From Nageia nagi (lineage: Eukaryota > Plantae > Pinophyta): DNA of 64,000 bases. A program made the position numbers and the translations under genes. The stretch spans positions 3,968,001-4,032,000 of the forward strand of contig JBITNC010000002.1 in assembly GCA_050084985.1 (NCBI GenBank), given 5' to 3'. The notes under the pieces are model-generated. The model ran no database searches. It saw nothing but the letters and a program-made list of their open reading frames with translations, and had not been told where the DNA came from. This document shows positions 23,955-35,588 of the stretch, in pieces (position 1 is the stretch's first letter; each line of letters opens with the position of its first letter).

Positions 23955-26900
23955 ACGCTTTTGAAGCTTGGTATGATAAGAAACCAACTGTCCAGAATTT
24001 TAGAATTTTTGATTGTTTGGCATATGCTCATGTGCTAAAAGAGAACAGAAAAAATTGGATGCAAAGAGTGAACCATGTGTGTTCATTGGGTATAGTGAAG
24101 AGAGTAAAGAATATAGACTTTACAATCCAAAAAATAGAAAAATAGTTGTGTCCAAGGATGTCATTTTTTAGGAGGGAAGAGTCTATAGACAGAAGCAAAA
24201 ATGCATTAGGGATATTGGAGGAGAAATGCCCAACCATGAAAACACTTCAAAAATAAAGAATGTGCAGCCCAAGAGATCAAATGCTCTTTTAAATATTCAA
24301 GTGATACCTCCAAGTCCTCCATCAAGTCCCTTAAATAGCTCCAAATCTACTCCCACTTCTCCTACAAGTGGAGGTTCTACAAATGTGATTCAAGAAGTGA
24401 TGAAGACAAAAAGAGGTAAAAAAAAAAAAAAAATCAAAACCATCCTCCTTCTCAAGTTTTAGATCCAAGCTTTCATCAAAGGATTACTAGAAGTCAATTT
24501 CATAAAATGGAAAAGTTTGTAAAGTAATTTAGTGATATGAAAATAGATGAAGACCCAATGGGGGAGATGGCTAATTATGCATTGTGTGCAGCTTAAAATG
24601 TTGTTTCTTCTGATTTTAATCCATCTTGTTATGAGAAAGCTTGCACCAAAAATATGTGGCTGAAGGCCATGGATGAAGAGCTTCACTCAAGAACAATTGA
24701 AAGATATAAAGCAAGATTGGTTGTAAAGGAATTCACTCAAATATGGTGTAGATTTTAAGGAGACTTTTGCACCGATTGCAAGACAAGAAATAGTAAAAAT
24801 GCTTCTTTCATTCGCTACCCAAAAGCATTGTAATGTACATCATATGGATGTAAAGAGTGCATTCTTGAATGGCTACTTGGATGAGAAGGTTTATGTGCAA
24901 CAACCTAAAGGATTTCAAGTGCGAGGCAAGAGAAGAATGTGTACAAGCTCAAGAAGGCATTGTATGGTCTCAAGCAAGCTCTAAGAGCTTGGTACATCCG
25001 GATTGATGGATACTTCCAAAGGTTTGAGCTCATTAGAAGCAAAAATGAGCCAACACTCTACATCAAGAGAGAAGATAATCAGATTTTACTTATTTCTCTT
25101 TATGTTGATGATTTAATTTATATGGGAAGTGATTCCAGCATGAATGACAAATTTGAAATTGATTTAATGCACTACTACATTTTAGCGATTTTGCGTCATA
25201 CAATGCATCAATCCATAATCTTTTTTTTTTTCAAAAAATCACAGAAATCTTGATGCATCAATTGGCGCTAAGGGTATTATCAAACAAAGTGTCATTTATT
25301 GCATCATTCAATGCATCATATACAGAGTTATGAGCGTCAAATAATTGACATTATACATGACACTATATACGTCATGTATGCATCAAATAATGCGTCAACA
25401 TGATAGGGATGAGGGTTTGATGAGGGTTTGCATCTTGTCAAACAATTCGTTTGTCTTCTCTATGCTTCCATATTTTGCATATACGTCTAACAGGGTACTC
25501 ACAACCATAACATTTAATAAAAAAATTATTTTAAAGAGTCTTTGATGTATGTATAAACCCTTTTACAAATCTCTTAGTTTAGTGCATGCTTTGAAGATGC
25601 TGGAAAAGGTGAATTCGTTTGGTTGGACTATTGTTGGTGTTTATTGCATTTGGTGAAACAATTTCAATGTTTGTTAAGGAAAGTTGTATCTTTGGTAACC
25701 CGAAATTATCATATTCCATGAGCATACAGTCAAGATCATATTTTGTTTTGCCAAAACAAGTATGCAAGAGACATGCTCTCAAAGTATGGCATGGATAATT
25801 GTACTGTTATTTTAAATCTTGTAGTTCATGGAGAGTTGCTTTGCAAAGATGATGGTGCTCCAAAAACAAATGTAACTTAATTTACGATCATTGTAAGTAG
25901 TCTCATATTTCTTTGCAATGCTAGGCCTGATATTCAATTTGTTATCCCAATGGTGTCTAGATATATGAATGATCATTCCATTTTGCATATGAAGGCTACA
26001 AAACGAATTATGAGATATGTTAAAGGCACCATTAATTTTGGTCTCCATTATTCTCATGTGGAGAAGATGGAACTTGTTGGTTTCAGTGATAGTGATTGGG
26101 GCAACAATCTAGATGACAAAAAATCCACTTTTGGACAATGTTTCTCACTTGGTTCAAGTCTGATTCCATGGAGCTCCAAGAAACAATCTACAGTAACACT
26201 TTCCTCTTGTGAAGCAGAGTATATTGCTCTCATAGCAGCCAGTGCTCAATCAAAGTATCATTCAATTGGCACAGAATCCCAACCACCACAATAGGTCAAA
26301 GCCCTTTCAATTGAAGTAACATTTCATCCATGACATGGTGCAGAAGAAATAAATTGAGCTGCAATATTGCAATAATCAAGATCAATTTGGTTGATATATT
26401 CATGAAAGGTGTTGTCAAGGCTCAGTATCTGATGCTTAGAGACTCCATGGTGAACCCTCTTCACATAAAGGGGGAGAATGTTGGAAACTTAGCACTTGTC
26501 CTAAGGCAAAATTGTACATCTTCTGAGTTTACTGATCAGCTGGTACCTGTAGACCGACTAGCTAATCAATCCTCTACTAATCGGACCCCAAATAGGTCAA
26601 CCGATCCTCAGAAAATCGGTTAGACCTATCCAACCAATATGCAACCTACCGATTAGGCCCAAATTAAAAGTGCCTCATAACTTATCATTCTTGAGGTATT
26701 TTTTGGCATTTTTGTGCATTTTCCTTTTGTCTTCTAGCTCACCCTAGAGTATTCGACATGTGTAAATGTTCTTGGCATCAGTTACTAGGTTAGAATACTT
26801 GTAACTTAGTTTAGTTTAGTTAATGCATGTATTGTATTATAGTAGCATTCAATTTCCTACAAGTCTCACCATCGAAGAGTGAATGAAGCTTTATTACTAA

Positions 26901-27016
26901 ACTTTATATATTGTAATCTTGTTTTTACATTAATCTAGTTTGTTCTTATTTAGTTCCATTTAATGTTATTATATCTTAGCTTCAATTTTGTTTAATTAAT
27001 TCTCTTGAATTCATCA
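23955..27016 (+). mobile_element. Ty1/Copia remnant 2 (IN C-term, RT, RNase H, PPT, 3' LTR ~26479-27016)
   Basis: FEAWYDKKP..FRIF, HMDVKSAFLNG, LYGLKQA, LYVDDL, FSDSDW..WSSKKQ..EAEY. PPT aaagggggagaa precedes tgttgg at 26479; probable LTR end ..ttcatca at 27016. Confidence 0.9.
25170..25760 (+). mobile_element. CACTA (En/Spm) terminal fragment inserted in Copia 2 RT
   Basis: Begins CACTACTACA exactly where RT homology stops, followed by ~10 subterminal tgcgtca/tgcatca repeats. No matching TAGTG+TSD was found, and ~100 bp of RT is missing where Copia resumes. Confidence 0.65.
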
Positions 27017-30000
27017 CTTTGGACTCAAATGCTAGATTATGAGAGGATCCCATTTAGATGTAGATGGTGTAGGGAAACTAGTCACTTGGTTTTTCATTAC
27101 CTACTGAAAAGGGAAAACGGAGATGGATGTAACATTTGTAAATCTTTTGACCATTCCACAAAAGATTGCAATGCTAAAAAATAATAGGGAAATAAGAAAG
27201 TTGTTGTCTGGAGACAAATAGGAAGGAACTTTGGGAGTATGGAGCAAATGGAAAAATATTGGGAAATTCAAAAACTCAACAATGGAGGTATAGGATCCTC
27301 TAAGATTCCTCCTAAGAAAAAGACATTAGCCACAAAGATTCCCCTCTAAGATTTAACAAAGTATCTTCCAAAGCTAGCATTGAAGATATCTCCCGCTCCC
27401 CAAGAACTGAGAGGAAATCAATGAGGGAGCAAGGAGAGGGTAGCTAAGCAAGATCACCTTCGCATGTCCTAGAGACTCAGTTTTCAAATTCCCCTCTAGG
27501 GGATAGAATGCCAAAGGAGAATACTACTGAACCTACTAAAGTTTTGGGGAACTTGATGAAGGAGAATGAAGCAAGCTTTGAGGATAAAGATAGAGAGAGG
27601 AAAAGAACCCTTCAAGCTTAAAAACATGGAACAAGGGTGGAAAAGGAAGAGATAAAGGGTTTGAAAAAAGAAAACCTTCAAACTGGATTGAAACCTCAAA
27701 GAGCTACTAGGAGCACAATGGAAGTAGAAAAACCAACATTGAACACTCTAGAGCAAAGTGGGGGCGATAAAGATGCCTTAAAAGGAATCAGAGAAAATCA
27801 TCATCTTGAACTTAAGGGATGGCAACTTCCTCGAAAAGCAAAAATTTGTTAAGGAAATGTGTGAAAAACACAAGCCAGACCTTTTGATCTTTAGGAAATA
27901 AAGGTTAGGGAGAACTATCAAGCCATGTTTAAAGAAAAGATTTGGAAGGATGCTAGCTAATCCCCTAACTGTTACCATTCAAAGGATTCCATTTCATAAT
28001 TTAAGATGCATCTCTTTTAGAGTCAAAGATATTAAATCAGGCTTTTCATTTATTTTCTTGAATATTTATGCTTCAAATGTGTTCAGTAAAAGAAGGAAAT
28101 TTTGGGAGGATCTTAGAACGCATAGACTAGATTTTTTGACAGAACCATGGGTGGTAGGGGGACTTTAATGCACCCCTCAATCTGAAAGACAAATTTGGAG
28201 GAAGAATGAATTTGTCCAAGAGTATGGAAAACTTAAGGGAGTTTGTTAATCAAACTCAACTGGTTGATTTACCCTGGAAAGGAATTAATTTCACTTGGTC
28301 CAATAGACTGAAAGGGAGGAATTTTATTTAAAGAAGGTTGGATAGAATGTTGGAAATAGAATACTGGATTGATAAATTCCAAAATTTTGATCTTTTCTCA
28401 TACTGATCTTTGAACCAAAATAAAAGAAAAGGTCCCCTTTCAGGTTTGAACACATGTGGATGCAACACGAAGCCTTTAAATATTTGTTTAAGGAATGGTG
28501 GTCACTTAAGGTAAAAGGAACAACCATGGAAAGGCTATCTCAAAAATTGAAACAGGTCAAAAGAGACCTTAAGAAATGGAATAAGGAAGTTTTCCATAAT
28601 GTTGAATGAAGGAAGGAAGCTCTAAAAGAACAACTAGAAGAGTTAGAACATGAAATCCTAAAAAGGAGGATATTGATAATAAAGAAAGTGAACTTTTAGT
28701 TGATTATTACAATACGATCACCCAAGAAGAGACTCATTGGAAGCAAAAGGCTAGAATTTCTTAGCTTCAAAAAGGGGACAAGAACAAAAGTTTTCTCAAA
28801 ATAATAGCTTTAAAAAGGAGCACTAACAAGATAGCTAAGCTCAAAAGAACTAATGGGGCCATCACTTATGAGGAGGGTGAAATAAAAGAGGAGATATAGG
28901 AGTTCTACAAAAATATTCTAGGCACTAATTTAAGACAAAATGACAAGATGGTGGAGAAAATTATGTAGGTCATCCCAAGATCATAATCCCAAACTAGAAC
29001 AAGAAGCTAGAGGAGAAGGTGAAAGATTGGGAGATTAAAAATTCCTTGGACCTAATGGATGAGGACAAGTCATAGGATCAGACGGATTCCCGACAAGTTT
29101 CCTTAAACATAATTGGGAATTGTTGGACAAGACATGAGTGAAACAGTAAAGGAATTTTATGAGAAAAGCACTTTGCTAAAGGAATGGAATACTACTTTTT
29201 TAGTGTTGATTCTTAAAACTCAGAATGCTAAGGGATTAAAGGGCTATATGCCAATAAGCCTGTGTAATGTAACTTACAAAATCAATACTAAAATTATGGA
29301 AGAAAGGCTAAAACCCTTGCTACCTGATCTAATATCTTATGAACAATATGGATTCGTTCACAAGAGGCGGATTACAGATGGAATAGTTATGATGCATGAA
29401 ATTCTGCATTCAATGCATGTGAGAAAGGAGGAGGCTATGTTTGTGAAATTGGATATGGAGAAATCATATGACAGGGTAGATTGGAGTTTCTTGATGGCGG
29501 TCCTTGAGAGATTTGGATTTGGATAAAATTTTAGAAACTAGATATATCAATGTATTTCTACTCCAAAATTCTCTATTATAGTTAATGGGAACCAATGGGC
29601 TTTTTCAAGTAAAAAAGGGGGCTAAGGCAAGGGGATCCTTTATCTCCATATTTGTTTATTATTATGGCAGAGACACTAGGTAGATCTTTAAATGAAGTTT
29701 CCATGAAGAAAGGAGATTTGAATGGGATCAATCCAACTAAGAAAAGGAGCTATTATACCCATCATCAGTTTGTAAATGATACTGTCCTATTAGGACAAGC
29801 TAAGGAGAATGAAGCTAGAAAATTTAAGCAAATTCTCTCTATGTATGAAAGGGCCTCTCACCAAAAGGTGAACCTACAAAAGACCAAGCTGTATGTGTTC
29901 AACTCCTCTTTGAGGAAGAAGAAGAAATTAGCTAATATCATTGGTTGCCAATTAGATGATTTACTTGCTAAACACCTAAGGATGCCCTTGTTTACTGGAA

Positions 30001-33000
30001 GGATTAAAGATATTTACTGGGAAAATTTGGTATACATAATTAAAAGTAAACTTATGGGTTGTAAAAATAAGTCTCTCAACTATGCAAGTAGATTGTGCTT
30101 GATTAAACATACCTTGCATAGTATGCCAATATACTCTGCCCTAGTATTTAAAATCCCAATATCAATAGCAAACAAGACTGACAAACTTTGTAGGGATTTC
30201 TTATGGAATGGAACTCAAGACAAAAGAAGATTTGCTCTAATAGCATGCGATAGATTATGTTGTGAGAAAAACAAAGGAGGACTTGGATTGAGGAAAGTAA
30301 AGTGACTAAGTGCAACCTTAAGGGGGGAAATGGATTGAAGATTGGTAAATGAAGACAATAGGTACTGGATAAAGCTTTGCAAATTAAAACACTTGTAGGA
30401 ACACAATGTCTTTCTAAGGATAGAAAACCTTCCTCAAGGGTCACCCTTTTGGAAATATTTGAGACAGGTTCAAGGAATATTAAACAAATTTATTAAATCG
30501 CAAATTAGAATTAGATAAGATACTTTATTCTAGGAAGACATATGGATGAGATGCCAACCCTTAATCAACTATGACAACTTCCAAAAGGCAACTAGGTGGG
30601 CTATCAAGAATCAAGGAGATAGGGTAGCGGATTACTTAGAAAAAAAGAGCTACTCTTGGACTATTCTAAAACTAAAAGATAGCAAAATTGAGAAATAGTT
30701 AGAAGCTTTGAGGAGAGAAGTTCAGATAAAGAATATAACAGGATCCAATCTAAGGGACAAACCCCAATGGATAATATCAAGAAATGGGATTTACAATATC
30801 AAAAATGCTTCATATTTTCTTCATTGAGTGGATAGAGAGCTTTGGAAATTGATTTGGGAAGCAAAACTTATCCATAAAATTACCTTCTTTAGATGGCTAC
30901 TTGCTAACTAGCCTACATCAATTCATCATGTGTGACTTTACAAGGAGAATTTGGGAGAAAGTAATTCAAATGATGAGCTATAATTGGAAGGGTACTAATT
31001 CAATTCAAGAGATGATAGTGAGCTAAGAAAATCTAACAAAGAATAAAGAGGAGAGGCAAATTAGGAATTTTTCAAGCCCATCTTCAATGGCAGATTTGGA
31101 AAGAACGAAATAGGAGGCTTTTCAAATAGGAAGAGAATGAAGTAGCAAAAATATTAAGCTCACAATATTAAGGACAATGGAGAACATCAAAGCCAACTTT
31201 CACAAGTTGGAGAAAGGGAAAATCATTTTGGAAATAATTGATACAATGAAATTGTAAGAGATAGTTTCATTAATCCACCCTAAACATTCAAGGAGGATTA
31301 ACGACTAGTTGATGAAACGCCTCAGGTGAATTGATAGTTTCCCAAGGGAGCCCAATGAGCTAGCAGACTTTTAGAGGAATAACTTGTGGGAATCATGAAT
31401 CCTTATATGTTCAAATGTTTGGTTTAGTACCCACCACCTCGCAGATTGTGTTTACATCACATCACACACTAGGGGATAGATTAATCATGTTGGGTTTTAA
31501 TTAGGAGGGGTGGCCATGCTGGGGACTATCAACGTTATTTTGAAAAGGCAAGAAATAGGGAAACCATTAGCGAAGATTTGGTGAAGATAGATCCCTCAAA
31601 CATAGGCTTGGTAAGACTGAATAAGAGAGTATGGGAGATTCTCTATGAAGGGGGTATGAAGGATTTTATGGAGGCTTACAGAGGATTTCATTTGGAACTC
31701 TCAGTGGAGGTTGCAAAAATATGGTTTGGAGGCGCATGAAAAGTCAATTCGATGGAGTTTGAGTTTAATTGTGAATCTATTTTAGAAGCCATTTGTATGC
31801 CCAATGTAGGAAAAGACCTTAAGAGAGAGACTGAGTTGAAGAAGTTAGAAGAAATTTTCAAATTTAGACAGCAAGGAGAAGATTTAATCAAATCAAGACC
31901 CGAATTTGAGCAAACCAATCTTCCCAAGCCATGGGATGAAATAGTTAAAACTTTAATGAGGTATGTGACTTTGGAAGGTAGACACAAAGTAGTGTATGCC
32001 TATCACTTTGGCTTATTGAACCATTTTAGGCTCAAAGGGGAGGATATATTAATTTTCCCTTCTTCATTCTGCATTATATGGAAATCTCAATCAATAAATG
32101 CAAGGAAATTAAGAACAGAATTTTGCTTCACTAGTCAATGATCAAGTTAGTGTATGACATTGCCTTGAGCAACCAACCATCGAGGATTCCTAGTAGGACT
32201 TCTAAGGAGGACAAGGACCTTGCACCTGTACTTAACCCAAAGGCAAGAAGCAGGGGAAAGGATTATGTGAAAGGAAATAAGGGAGAAGCTAATGGAAAAC
32301 ATGGTAAAAGGGTCACTTTCAATCCAGAGGTGGAATTATTAGGGGATGAAATAGAGAGTTTTGGGATAGCGATTGTTGGATTGTGGGGGTGCAAGAAATG
32401 TAGGACTAACTATTCCTTTTCAGAGTCTCAAATGTGATCGACTAAATAAGAAGGGGAATCGACAGGTATTGCGTCTAGAACAAGGTCAAATATGATTAGG
32501 TGTGTTAGTCAAATAACTTTGGAAAAAGGAAGGTCAAAGACACCTTCAAAACTACAAAAAAGACAACATGCATGCTCTGGATTGCTCAAAATTTCAAAGA
32601 TAGAGATGAAGTGCTTAGTCCAATCGACCACGAGGAAGGCAAATAGTCGTAACAAAATGCAAGAAAAACCTAAAATGAAGATAGAACCAATGAAGATGAT
32701 GGTTATCCTAGCTCCATACAGTAGAGGAGAAAAAGTTATTCCCATTCTAATTCCAAGGCACAAGCTTGTTTGCAATAGACTTTTGTTTGAAGCCATCAGG
32801 AGGTGTGGATAAGAAAGCTTGTTGTTTGAAAAAATTCCACTGAACTCTATGGTGGCAACTAAGATGATGGGGAGAGTTTATGTGGAATTCTACAAACATA
32901 ATTTTGAAAATAAGTCGTTTCATTTCAAGGAGGGGGAAGACATGATTATTTTGTAATAAGCTTTTTGTTCTAGACTGTTAGTTTTGATGGTTCTTTTGAA

Positions 33001-33312
33001 TCGAGATAATAGGATATCCATGAAATGTAATGAAGTTTTTTGCTTATAGTCAGAATATGAGAAAGTCTATGGGGTTTATAGTTCTGGTATTTATTATGTA
33101 GTATGGCAAGTCCTACTACATGTGTTTGTAGAAGTTGCTTCACTCATCTAGACTCGTATCATGGGTAGAATATACAATGGTTACTAGCTATTTGGCATAG
33201 TTAAGTGTATTGTCTTGATGATCTAAAAAGAACTATCTTGTGAAGGTTCATGGAGATCTTTCAAAACTCCGTCTTTTTTATTAACACATTTACCCATTAA
33301 TAAAAAAAAAAA
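27017..33312 (+). mobile_element. L1-type LINE, 5'-truncated, decayed (ORF1 end, ORF2 EN-RT-zf, extra downstream ORF, poly(A))
   Basis: ORF1 knuckle LDYERIPFRCRWCRETSH (~27032). EN: S*NLR..KPD, NIYA, VGGDFN, FTWSNR (27800-28340). RT: PISLCNVTYKI, KLDMEKSYDRVDW, GLRQGDPLSPYLF, QFVND, GGLGLR. WQIWKERN at ~31088. AATAAA plus A11 at 33299-33312. Confidence 0.9.
31566..32812 (+). pseudogene. Putative ORF3 remnant downstream of LINE ORF2
   Basis: In-frame DPSNIG..VWEILYEGGMKDFMEAYRGF..W..*..MEFEFNCESILEAICMPNVG..LPKPWDEIVKTLMRYVTLEGRHKVVYAYHFGLLNHFR, then a frameshift to MIKLVY and a charged low-complexity tail. Confidence 0.6.
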
Positions 33313-35492
33313 GAGTTATTTATTCAAGAATCAAGATTCAAGATTCACCAATCATTGCTTTGAGAAGCAATCATTATCATCTAGGTCAAGCAACCATCAT
33401 TGATCATATATTTACATCAACATTGATGATAACATTGGTATCATTCAAGTATCAGGATCTGTAATTTACCAATCATTGATTTTGAGTAGAAATCACCAAT
33501 GTCTTGATCATTATCATCTATTACGAGACTCATTGTTGATCATGCAAAAATTAGTATTGACATATTATGCCACACAACAACCAAAGTTAATATGAACCTC
33601 CTCAACCATTTTTTGCTTATTTATTTAAGATATCAAACTACATGTAGGATATATATCAAATATAGATTTACTATGTACTTTACATTCTATCATTGTAAAA
33701 CAAATTAACATCACTTGAACATAATAGGAAGGATTTGTCTTTGTTATGTTTTATAGTTGCAAGTTTTTCATAGCCAAATTATGTTTGCTCAAAACTTATG
33801 ATACCATCAAAACAGTTTTATCCTTGTCATTGTGTTATCATCCTTGTCTTTAGGGTATCATCAATAGTATAGTTTCAATAGCAACCTAACTAACACATAA
33901 TTTGCAAAAACAAAAGACAACTTTTCCATATCACATATCATTTCATTTACATTGCTTGAAACAACTTGTGTTATCATAAACCTAGATCATTATTGTTTCT
34001 TAATTTTATTTGAGAATAAACCAAGAATATATTTCTATTAATGAGAATAAGGTTTAAATTCAATGGAGTATGGGAGTTACATTCCCATATAATAACGGAA
34101 TAGGAGAAACCCTAATAATCTATTTAATAATGTTAATATGGTATTAACATTATATTTATTATTATATTCCTAGATACCTAAAGTACATAATAATAGAACT
34201 AATGTATTATTTCTCTAACAAATTTAAGTATATTTGATTTTGGTAGTTGAAGAACACTTAACATTATTATTGTTTGTATGCATGTCATATATTTGTGACA
34301 ATCCCATTACACACAGAGTCATGAGATTCATGGATTGCTCAAGTGTTTTATGCTAAAAGCTAAATTCATCCTATGGCATAATAACAAACAAATTAAGTGA
34401 ATTGGTTAGCATTTGTCATAATAAAGAGGAATTCTTTTGACACAATAATGGAAGGGTGAAAACTCTTGTGCAAATGAAAACTTTAAATCAATAGTACCTC
34501 GTACAAGGCTTAGATTGTGATAATAGAAGGATGAAAATCTAGTGCGGATGCTAGATAAACCCTTTATATAGGCCTTAAAACACTGGTACTTGACACAAAG
34601 CTTCTGTTTCAAACCAAATTTGAAAGTTTTATCCACGACTAACTAGAGTCTATGACAAATCTTTAAGACGGAATTGAATGTTAAACAATTCAAATGCTTC
34701 TTTGGAATAAAAGGAGCAAGATGTTGAATATTGAGTTTAATAATGTTCAACAAATTTTGCAACAAAAAAGGTAAAAAAATCAAACCATCTAGAAGACAGG
34801 GAGTTATATTTCTTAAAATACAAAACATAAATGCTTAAAATGCAGAGAAAAATTTCCTCATCAAATATTGCACTTTATCCAAACAAATGGAGTCACCTTG
34901 TAAGTGAAAGTTATTTGACCCAAAAAAAAACAACTAAAAAGCAGAAAAATTGACAAAAGCCTTGCAAACAAGTATGGTTGTCCACTCTATTCTCGCTTAA
35001 GAAAGTATCCAAATGCATCTTCATGAATGGCTGGTGAAAATACAAGAAAAACACAATACAGAGCAACGGATATGGTGCTGTACCGCTGGAAAGGAACAAA
35101 AAACAAGGTACCGCTGGAAAGGGTAAATCTTTGACATTATCATTAAAAAAGTTCCAAATTCATACAGGAAAATCTTAAACTACTAACATTAGTGTACAGA
35201 TATGGACCCTGAAAAATCTCAAATTAAGATCCTTCAGTGGAGTTATTGATAAAAGACTCTGAGCAACATGCAGCAGTGTCTGTCTTGAACGCTGGATGGA
35301 TTGAAATCAGAAGTATTAACTCAATAACAACTTTGCAACCCTTTGGAGGCCAAATGTTCAAAAGTATGACATTTTGAAAATGAAATTCCTCCACTGACAT
35401 GGAGTAAATAAAGCACACCACAGCTTCCATTTTGTCGAGAGAAAAGATTTAATAAGAAGCTTAATAGCAACTTATTTAAGCAGAAAAGATGG

Positions 35493-35588
35493 TCAAATAT
35501 TCAACTGATCCAGTAGTTTGCGCCATCGAGATGGCTCTTTATCAAAAATATAAGTTAGAGGGGAAACAAGGACCCCACTACTTCCAGC
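35493..35588 (-). CDS. HISN1: ATP-PRT last exon: [31 protein letters not shown]
   Basis: tctacag| 96 nt ending in TGA (35495-35493). Confidence 0.96.
   Translation of the reverse strand, partial: AGSSGVLVSPLTYIFDKEPSRWRKLLDQLNI

Noticed and set aside
35080-35122. Short direct repeats (gtaccgctggaaagg x2; also 60374-60430)
   Set aside because: Ordinary local duplications with no supportable function.
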